From: Candidatus Angelobacter sp.
GTDB lineage: Bacteria > Acidobacteriota > Terriglobia > Terriglobales > Acidobacteriaceae
Length of the DNA: 64,000 bases
Reading direction: 5' to 3'
Assembly: GCA_035263765.1 (NCBI GenBank)
Contig: DATFQZ010000218.1
Location: 56 to 64,055, forward strand
Below the pieces are notes generated by a model. It was not told the origin of the DNA, searched no databases, and saw only the letters and a program-made list of their open reading frames with translations. The position numbers and the translations under genes were made by a program. This document shows, one piece after another, positions 8,925-16,498 of this stretch (the stretch's first letter is position 1; each line of letters opens with the position of its first letter).

Positions 8925-10904
8925 ATGCAAATTGCACGACGGTCCTTGCGACGTGCCTGCCTATCTTTGGGCCTAATTTTGACCCTGTTGACGCCCGCCC
9001 TGGCAGCGGAGCGGTCGCGCGTCAAGGCCGAGGACTACGTAATTGATGCGGAGATCGTGCCCAAGACCCACCGTCTGATCGCCCGTGCCAAGGTTAAGAT
9101 TACCGCCCTAGAAGAAACTAACTTTGCGACCTTCGAACTCCATAACGCGCTGCGCGCGACCCGCGTCCTGGACGCCAACGGCAAGTCTCTGAGCGCCGAG
9201 CGTGTCAGCGCCGAGAACGGCCTGCGCGTGAACTTCCCGGCCGGACTCACCAAGGGCGCCACTACGACTCTGACGTTTGAATATGAAGGCGCCCTGGCCA
9301 GCGCCGATGACAGCCCGGTGGAAGGGTTGAAGCTGGCGTACATAGGCGAGGACATCACCTTTTTGCTGTATGCCGGCCGTTGGTTCCCGGTCACCAACTA
9401 CGGGATTGACCGCTTTACAGCGGCAATCAACATCACCGCACCCGAGGGCACGGTGGTGGTAGGCAGCGGAAGCGCGGCTTCGCCCAAGCCGGCCGGGGCC
9501 GGGAAGACCCTGACTTCCTTCAATTGGCAGAAACCGAGTTTCCCCGGGACTATCATCGCCGGTCCGTTCTCGGACAACGTTTTCAGCAGCGGCGGCGTGC
9601 ACGTGTACGTTCTGCCCGACAAGAAGCAGTACGCCGCGGCCTACGCGGATTTTGCTCTAAAACAGATGGAGTATTTCTCCAGCCTCTATGGGCCTGCGCC
9701 TTCCCCACTGCTGAAGGTGGTGCAGTTGCCCGACGATACGGTACCCTCGGCCTGGGCGCCTGAGATCGTAGCTCTCGCCGCGCGCGACATCAGCGAGAAA
9801 CCAAACTATCGCCTGCTCGCGAACACCGTGGCCCACCAATGGTGGGGCGGGATTGTCAGTCCGGCCAGTAAAGACGATTGGTGGCTCATTGAAGGCGGAG
9901 CTCGCGCTTCGGAAATGCGGTTTGTGCAAAGCGTTTCCGGCCAGCAAGCCTTTGAGGAAGCCACCCGAGACATGACCGTCGGGGCCCTGGCGTATGACAC
10001 CACACCCTTGTCGAGCGTCAGCAAGATGGACGTCTATTCCCCCGAGTTTCAGGCCCTGGTCACCGACAAAGGGGGCATGATCTTCCATATGCTGCGCTGG
10101 GTGATCGGCGATGAGGCCTATGACAAGACGATGAGGCAATTCATGGCCCAGTTCACCGGGAAGTCGGCTTCCGTAGCCGATTTGCAGGCCATCGCGGAAA
10201 AGAACTACGGCGACAAGCTCACCGCGTTCTTCTCGCAGTGGGTGGATGGGACGGGTGCTCCCGAATTCAAGATGAAATACACTGTCTTTCGCGTCAAGAA
10301 AGGCTTCCGCGTTGTGGGACAGGTCTCCCAGGACCTTGACCTGTTCCGCATGCCGGTTGAACTGAGAGTTGACACCGATGGCCAGTCGGAGATGAAACGC
10401 ATCGAAGTCGTGGGTACGGAGTCGCCTTTTGCCATTGAGACCTTCGGCAAACCACGCCGTTTGGTGCTGGACCCCAACAACTGGGTAATGAAGAACGCGC
10501 CGGATCTGAAAGTGCGTGTCGCCATCCGCCGCGGCCAGGAGCTGACCCAGGAGGGCAACTTGGTGGAGGCACTAGCCGAGTTCAACAAGGCCCTGGGAGT
10601 CAACAAGAACAGTTCCCTCGCGCACTATCGCATCGCTGAGGTCTTTTACCTCCAACGCAATTACCAGTCGGCGGCCAACGAATACCGAGAGGCCCTCAAT
10701 GGCGACCAGGAGCCACGCTGGACAGAGGTCTGGAGTCACATCGGACTCGGAAAGATCTTCGACATAACCGGCCAGCGGTCCCGCGCCGTCAATGAGTATC
10801 GACAGGCCATTCAGACCGGTGACAACACCCAGGGCGCCATCGATGAAGCCCGCAAATACCTGGATACGCCTTACACGCGCGAGCGCAAGACCAACGGGTT
10901 GTGA
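8925..10904 (+). CDS. M1 (aminopeptidase N) family homolog with C-terminal TPR repeats; catalytic motifs degenerate
   Basis: Signal peptide from ATG 8925 (MQIARRSLRRACLSLGLILTLLTPALAAE, SD TGGAGAG upstream). M1 fold signatures '..AHQWWGG..WWLIEGGA..'. The GAMEN position reads 'SAWAP' and the HExxH position reads 'NTVAH' (9822-9836). C-terminal TPR-like 'AEVFYLQRNYQSAANEYREAL'. Confidence 0.85.
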   Translation: MQIARRSLRRACLSLGLILTLLTPALAAERSRVKAEDYVIDAEIVPKTHRLIARAKVKITALEETNFATFELHNALRATRVLDANGKSLSAERVSAENGLRVNFPAGLTKGATTTLTFEYEGALASADDSPVEGLKLAYIGEDITFLLYAGRWFPVTNYGIDRFTAAINITAPEGTVVVGSGSAASPKPAGAGKTLTSFNWQKPSFPGTIIAGPFSDNVFSSGGVHVYVLPDKKQYAAAYADFALKQMEYFSSLYGPAPSPLLKVVQLPDDTVPSAWAPEIVALAARDISEKPNYRLLANTVAHQWWGGIVSPASKDDWWLIEGGARASEMRFVQSVSGQQAFEEATRDMTVGALAYDTTPLSSVSKMDVYSPEFQALVTDKGGMIFHMLRWVIGDEAYDKTMRQFMAQFTGKSASVADLQAIAEKNYGDKLTAFFSQWVDGTGAPEFKMKYTVFRVKKGFRVVGQVSQDLDLFRMPVELRVDTDGQSEMKRIEVVGTESPFAIETFGKPRRLVLDPNNWVMKNAPDLKVRVAIRRGQELTQEGNLVEALAEFNKALGVNKNSSLAHYRIAEVFYLQRNYQSAANEYREALNGDQEPRWTEVWSHIGLGKIFDITGQRSRAVNEYRQAIQTGDNTQGAIDEARKYLDTPYTRERKTNGL

Positions 10905-10928
10905 CGCGCGAGCTTTGCGGGAAGGATA

Positions 10929-10963
10929 GCTTCTAGCTTTTGGCTTTTGGCTTTTGGCTTTAG
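10929..10963. repeat. heptamer tandem repeat (GCTTTTG)n, 5 units
   Basis: 'gcttcta gcttttg gcttttg gcttttg gctttag' between the convergent genes 8925..10904 (+) and 10983..13448 (-). Confidence 0.8.
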
Positions 10964-10982
10964 CACTTGAACTTTCTGTATT

Positions 10983-13448
10983 TCATCGGCATCCAACCTC
11001 TTCCAAGCTCAGGTTGGGCACGACGCGGATTCTGTCTTCGCCATAAAATGCCTGGCTGTTCTTCAGCCAGCCTGTCAGACGGGCGACCGACGCCCGGGCG
11101 TGCACCTTAACGAGCGAGGCATCGAAGACGGCGACCAGGTCGGCCTTGCCATCCCCATTCACGTCCTCAACCGAAATGTTGAGCGGCTTGGCACCGTGGA
11201 AGTTCAGACTTTCAGTATCAACTAGGCTGACATCAAAATTGTCCGTGCCCAGGACGGCCACACGCACGGTTGCAGCTTGGCCGGCAGCGATCGGCTTGGC
11301 CTCAGAGGAGCAGCCCGGGCTAATGCTGATCACAACAGGCCGCGGCGGATGCAGCTGGTGATGTTGTCGTGCCCAGTCAAAGCTCAACTCGCTGGGCTTG
11401 TTGGATAGAGACGGTGACAACACAACGGAGAGCGGTGCCGGTTGGGGCGTTGGCGCACCAGCCACATCGTTCAAGTATCCCGCGGTGCATTGGAATTGAA
11501 AGTTGAGGTTTACGAAACGGCCGTTGACCTGCGTCCAGTCGGCGGTCGTGTCCATACGGTCCGTATCGGTGGCGTTATCGTCGACATCGGGGCAGAAAGG
11601 AAGAACGAAGGAAGGTGGGAAGCCCGCGGGGATACAGCCGGTCAGGTTGTTGATGAACCCGTCGTTGTTCCAGTCAATGGGGCTGCCGTTGCTCGGGCCG
11701 AAAAGTGTGCTCCCCGCATTCCAGTAGAAAACGATGTCATCGAGCCGGGGAGGGCCGCCCACCCCAACATTTTCGTCCAAGGTAGTTTCGTTCAAGTTCA
11801 GCAGATTGTCTTCAGCGTAGTCGGGTCGGTAGCAGAAATTATTTCCTGGACCGCCGTCGTCGGTGCAAAAACACGCATTCATGGTCGAACAGCGGCCGCT
11901 TGTGATCTTCGGAGGACCGCAGTCAGCATCCGTGCTACAGGAGATCCCGGTAATTGGAGCGCCCGGGATGCCGTTCGGAATGATGCCGCCAAGCTGGTAC
12001 GTGTAGTTCATCACGCTGATGTAATTCGGCTTGTTGATCATGCATTTCTGAGTCGCATCACCGGGATCAGCCAGGCTGCCGTGGACCAGACCGAAGTTAT
12101 GTCCTAACTCGTGCATCATGGTGCCAGTCCACAATTCGATCCCGATTTGCGCGTTGCTGTCGACGTTGTGCCCGAAGGAAATGATGGCGTCATCTCCCAG
12201 CACGTCAGCCACGCCCGTCCCGGTTGCCAGCGTGACGCCGCCGCACAGCGGATCAGTTGGACAATTGTGGACCAATGTCCCATCGGCCGGCGTACTGGAG
12301 TCATGCGCGAACACCATGTAGTGATACGCCGGCCGCAAGTTGCCGAAATACTGCGCGCGCAATTGCTGCATCGTGACGAAGTCTGTTCCCGCGCACGCTG
12401 GCTGCGCGTTTGGGTCGAGCGTGGTGACCTGGTGCTCGGGGACGCCTCCTGATGGCGCCAGCACATGAAGAACGATTCCGTGTGCCGCGAACATCGCCTT
12501 CATCTGGTCCCAAGCTCTGTCAGGCGGCTGATGGCTGTGTGGTGGAACTCCAAGAGACGAGGTGGTAGTCGCCACCATGTAGTCGTACTTCAGATAGATG
12601 TCAGGCACTTTGGGATCAGCGCCTGGCAAGAGAACGTCGTGCACAGGATCGGTGATGTTGCCATCGCCATTGAGGTCCACACCGCCGGCGATCTCCCAGG
12701 CATCGTTCAACCCATCGAGATCGGCATCGGCACACCCGGAGGAGCATGCTGGTTGGTCCGGCCCCAGACAAGCATCGCCCACACGCAATTCGTTGAACGG
12801 TGCAGAGGTTCCCGATACCGGTCCGCTGATCGGGTTCGCCCTCGCGAGCAAGATGTAGCCATTCCCCAGCCAGTCGATCTTCAGGTCGGCAAAGGTTGCG
12901 ACACCGGAGGCGTTGGTGGTTTGCGTAAGCGTGCCGCTGAGCGTTCCGCTTCCGTAAGATGGCGTCGCCAGCGTTGGCGGATTCGTCCCGATGCTTAGAG
13001 TGATCGACTGGCCAGGGAGAGGCCCGCCAAGGTTGTCGAGCAGTTTCACCTGCACGCCGCCGCTAGGATCGATCACCGTGCTCACGCTAGTGTCCATCGG
13101 TTGCACGATGAAGACCGGATTCGCTGCAGTGGTGACCCTCAACGTCGTCGATGCCCGCTGCACACCCTCGCCCAACCGAGCGGTGATGATGGTTGTGCCC
13201 GGGCTGAGCAGCCTGGCAACGCCGCGAGAGTTGATGACGGCGACGTCCGTACTCGAGGAGGCCCATTGCACACGATCCCTCACGTCCTGCCCGTTCAGCA
13301 GCGCTGTGAATTGCAAGCTGGAACGGCTAAGTTGGCTGGCGTTGATGGGCGAAATCGATAGCTTTTCGGCCGCTACGGCGTACGACAGTTGCATCAAGGC
13401 GAAACCAAGCATCGCGATTGCAGTGTTCTTTCGAGTCAGGATTCGCAT
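10983..13448 (-). CDS. secreted modular metzincin-type zinc metalloprotease, paralog A (Big_2-like Ig domains + catalytic core + C-terminal DVNGDG domain)
   Basis: Signal peptide 'MRILTRKNTAIAMLGFALMQLSYAVAA'. Big_2-like 'SSSTDVAVINSRGVARLLSPGTTIITA'. Ca-site-like 'DADLDGLNDAWE..DLNGDGNITD'. 'MMHELGHNFGLVHG' (12081-12113), Met-turn 'KPNYISVMNY', and C-terminal 'VEDVNGDGKADLVAVF...VGCR'. Confidence 0.85.
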   Translation of the reverse strand: MRILTRKNTAIAMLGFALMQLSYAVAAEKLSISPINASQLSRSSLQFTALLNGQDVRDRVQWASSSTDVAVINSRGVARLLSPGTTIITARLGEGVQRASTTLRVTTAANPVFIVQPMDTSVSTVIDPSGGVQVKLLDNLGGPLPGQSITLSIGTNPPTLATPSYGSGTLSGTLTQTTNASGVATFADLKIDWLGNGYILLARANPISGPVSGTSAPFNELRVGDACLGPDQPACSSGCADADLDGLNDAWEIAGGVDLNGDGNITDPVHDVLLPGADPKVPDIYLKYDYMVATTTSSLGVPPHSHQPPDRAWDQMKAMFAAHGIVLHVLAPSGGVPEHQVTTLDPNAQPACAGTDFVTMQQLRAQYFGNLRPAYHYMVFAHDSSTPADGTLVHNCPTDPLCGGVTLATGTGVADVLGDDAIISFGHNVDSNAQIGIELWTGTMMHELGHNFGLVHGSLADPGDATQKCMINKPNYISVMNYTYQLGGIIPNGIPGAPITGISCSTDADCGPPKITSGRCSTMNACFCTDDGGPGNNFCYRPDYAEDNLLNLNETTLDENVGVGGPPRLDDIVFYWNAGSTLFGPSNGSPIDWNNDGFINNLTGCIPAGFPPSFVLPFCPDVDDNATDTDRMDTTADWTQVNGRFVNLNFQFQCTAGYLNDVAGAPTPQPAPLSVVLSPSLSNKPSELSFDWARQHHQLHPPRPVVISISPGCSSEAKPIAAGQAATVRVAVLGTDNFDVSLVDTESLNFHGAKPLNISVEDVNGDGKADLVAVFDASLVKVHARASVARLTGWLKNSQAFYGEDRIRVVPNLSLEEVGCR

Positions 13449-13476
13449 TTTGTGACTCCTTTCGGCGAGCGTGGTT

Positions 13477-16400
13477 TCAGTTTCGGCACGCCGCAGGCTG
13501 TGCGTTCATGTCGGTTACGATCGTGATGGGCGCGGAAGCGAAGAATCTTTGGCTGCTTGTAAACCATCCGCTGAGGCGAACCGTCGTTGCTTGAGGCGAC
13601 AGGTGAATCTGGCTCAGATCAAAAGTCGCCACCAGGTCGGGTAGGCCATCACCGTTGACGTCGGCGATGGAGGTGTTCATCGGCACCACTCCGTGCAGGC
13701 GCAGGCTCTGGGGATCGATCTGCGTGACATCCAGGGAAGCGCTGCCCAGTACCGCGACGGTCACACTGCCTGGTTGTCCGGGGGCAATCGGGGCGCTGGG
13801 TAAGCCGCAGCCGGGATGAATCGCGATCGCGACCTGACGCAGCGGGTAGAGCACGTGTTTGTCTTTCAGAGTCGGAATATCTACTTCTTGCGCGTGGTCG
13901 CGCTGCGCCGACATATCGAGGGAGTTCTGCGTTTCAATGTCATCTATCTTGCCGGTGAGTGCCGCCCAGTCGTCGAAACCACCCAACTTGCTGTAGATAC
14001 CGGTGTGGCAAAAACCAACGCTTTGTTGGATAACCAGCCACCAGGATGGAATCAGGTCGGCTGTGGCATGGGTATTGGTCGCGCTGCCGTCACCGTCAAA
14101 GTCGAGGGGGCCGTTGCTGGGAACGATCTGGCCATTACACGCAGCGTCGGTAAAGAATGTAATGTCAGAGTTCCCCGATCCAAGACCTGCTGTCTCATCC
14201 AAGTTGCCGTTCTCATCCAGCGCGCCGGGCGTGTTACCGGCGGCTGGCAAGAGCTGGCGCGAATAATCCAGACGGAAGCAAGCTTTCGCGGGAAAGGGCG
14301 CACCCAAAGCGGTATCGGTGCAAAGAGCGCCGTCACCGCAATCCTGGTCAAGGGAGCACGACTTGAGATTGGTGGAACCTACGGCATCAGCAACAGGGAT
14401 GCCGGTGCCGAGATAGTTGTAATTCATGACGCTGATGTAGTTGGGTTTGAAATTCCGCTGGAAATCGTCGAAGTTGGTACCAAGAGGGCCAATGCCTCCC
14501 CCGTGGTGAAGGCCGAGGTTATGTCCGAGCTCGTGCATATATGAACTCGCGAGTGCCATACGAGCCATCGAAGGCGTAAATGCGCCCTCCGGCAGGAGGA
14601 ATCCGGCGATTTCAGAGTTGACGAAGTTTTGTCCCGGCAGTTCAGACAAGCCGCTAAACGCGAACGGGTCGCATGGATCGCCAAAACCGGAAGTTCCCTG
14701 CGCGATAAAGTGCGCAAAGATCGAGTAGTGCACTCGTGGATTAGTGGAGTGGAAGTATTGTGCCTTCAGGTCGTAGAAGTTGACAGAGTGAAAGCCGAAG
14801 AATTTACTGCAATCGGCAGGCCCGAATACCGTAACGTCGGTCTCGGGAATGGCCGTGTGCCGGGGATCGACGATCACCCTGATGCCATGCCTGGCGAACG
14901 CATCCACCACCGCCTGAATCGCGCCCGGCGCCACCACCTCGGGATCGTGAGTATGATCGGCGGCGACCATGTAGTCGTAGTGCAGTAAAACGACGTTATG
15001 CCTTATCCCGATGCCGGTTGCAGTCAGTTGAAACGTTTGCGGGCCAGCGGGATCCTGGGCATCGACGATCAGCGATCCCTTTGCCGGCCCTTCGTCAATG
15101 GTCGCCCTGAAGAATGGGTAGATGGTGCACGACTCTCCGGGATGGAGACGGCGCGGGCAATCGTCTTTCTCGCGGAAGCCGGCTCCGCTCGCGGACACGC
15201 CGTTTAGCCGCAGCGGCTGTGTAGAAACGTTGGTAAGCGTGACCGGAGAAGGATCACTATCCGTGCCTAAGTCCGCAGAGCCGAGGTCGAGCGGTCGTAA
15301 CGGCGATGGCGTGAGTTCGACAGCTGATCCTGTGCCTTGCAAAGCAGCGGCCAGAGGGCTGCTCAGCCCTTGCGCCGGAACGGTCAGCGTGCCCGTTATC
15401 TGGCCGGCAACGGTAGGACTGAAGCTGACAAATATCTCGCAAGAACTTTGCGGCTGGACCACGCTGCCGCAATCGTTGGTCTGGGAAAAACTGGTACTGG
15501 TCTGGATCTCACCGATCGGGACCGGTATGCTCCCAACATTGATGAGCGACAACCCAACCGATGAGGACGTGGTTCCGTCGATCTGAGGTTGCTCGAAGAT
15601 GAAGCGCTGAGGCTGAAAGGCGATGTTGGAGCCGATGCCGCTCAACTGCACGACTTGCTGTGCGGACTGCCCTACCGAATCGTTCTCGTTGAGCGTAATC
15701 GTTCCATGCGCCGGGCCCAGGCCGGTGGGCTGAAAAATCAACGTAGACACACATGTGGCTCCCGGAGCGACGAACGCCGAGATGGTGACACCCCGCAGAT
15801 GCGAGCCAGCGCATGAGTTGTCGCTTTCGAAAAAGTCCCCGGTGAGGGTGGGCGTGTACACGAAACCACTCTTGCCCGAGTTAGTAACCGAGATGGTCAG
15901 ACTCGAGCTGTCCTGATTCAGCGCAACATACCCGAACGACACTTGCTTGGGATTGACGGTGACGGAAAGCGGCGCGGGCGTGGTGAATACCGCGGTGATG
16001 GAGTTGTTCGCGAGGTTAGGATCGTGGCTGGCTCCGCTGACGGAAAAAGTTGAGCTGTAAACGGCGCCGCCGTTGGGCGCCGAGGGCGTCAGGACAGCGT
16101 CAAAGAACAAAAGGTATTGCTCTGCGGAAGTCGCATAAGGGAAGATCGTTGCGGGGATACTCGCGGTGATTGACTGTCCAGCAACCACGCAAGTGCCGTC
16201 AACGATCCGGAACGCGCCATACAACCTTGCGAAGCAACTTGACGCCGTCACGCCCGCGGGAAGCGTGCCCGTAATCACTCCTGGGTCAAGCCCGACATTG
16301 GGCCCGAGGTTTTGGACGTTGACGAAATAACTGACCGTCGATCCTGGCAGCGCCGGATTCGGACTGATCGTCGCACTAATGGAAAGGTCCGAGACGTTGC

Positions 16401-16479
16401 TTTGCGCAGATGCGGGAAGGATCGCCACGACCACCATGCACATCACAGCCATCAGAAGAATCGCTCTGTTGCCAGTCAT
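13477..16479 (-). CDS. secreted modular metzincin-type zinc metalloprotease, paralog B (DUF11-like + 3 choice-of-anchor-D/ASH-like units + catalytic core + C-terminal domain)
   Basis: Start set at ATG 16479 (MTGNRAILLMAVMCMVVVAILPASA). DUF11-like 'PGSTVSYFVNVQNLGPN'. ASH-like units with 'TLTNVSTQPLRLNGVSASGAGFREKDDCP..GESC'. 'MHELGHNLGLHHGGG' (14503-14535), 'KPNYISVMNY', 'IADVNGDGLPDLVATF...ACRN'. Confidence 0.85.
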   Translation of the reverse strand: MTGNRAILLMAVMCMVVVAILPASAQSNVSDLSISATISPNPALPGSTVSYFVNVQNLGPNVGLDPGVITGTLPAGVTASSCFARLYGAFRIVDGTCVVAGQSITASIPATIFPYATSAEQYLLFFDAVLTPSAPNGGAVYSSTFSVSGASHDPNLANNSITAVFTTPAPLSVTVNPKQVSFGYVALNQDSSSLTISVTNSGKSGFVYTPTLTGDFFESDNSCAGSHLRGVTISAFVAPGATCVSTLIFQPTGLGPAHGTITLNENDSVGQSAQQVVQLSGIGSNIAFQPQRFIFEQPQIDGTTSSSVGLSLINVGSIPVPIGEIQTSTSFSQTNDCGSVVQPQSSCEIFVSFSPTVAGQITGTLTVPAQGLSSPLAAALQGTGSAVELTPSPLRPLDLGSADLGTDSDPSPVTLTNVSTQPLRLNGVSASGAGFREKDDCPRRLHPGESCTIYPFFRATIDEGPAKGSLIVDAQDPAGPQTFQLTATGIGIRHNVVLLHYDYMVAADHTHDPEVVAPGAIQAVVDAFARHGIRVIVDPRHTAIPETDVTVFGPADCSKFFGFHSVNFYDLKAQYFHSTNPRVHYSIFAHFIAQGTSGFGDPCDPFAFSGLSELPGQNFVNSEIAGFLLPEGAFTPSMARMALASSYMHELGHNLGLHHGGGIGPLGTNFDDFQRNFKPNYISVMNYNYLGTGIPVADAVGSTNLKSCSLDQDCGDGALCTDTALGAPFPAKACFRLDYSRQLLPAAGNTPGALDENGNLDETAGLGSGNSDITFFTDAACNGQIVPSNGPLDFDGDGSATNTHATADLIPSWWLVIQQSVGFCHTGIYSKLGGFDDWAALTGKIDDIETQNSLDMSAQRDHAQEVDIPTLKDKHVLYPLRQVAIAIHPGCGLPSAPIAPGQPGSVTVAVLGSASLDVTQIDPQSLRLHGVVPMNTSIADVNGDGLPDLVATFDLSQIHLSPQATTVRLSGWFTSSQRFFASAPITIVTDMNAQPAACRN

Positions 16480-16498
16480 TTTTGTTCGTCTCCGAGGT

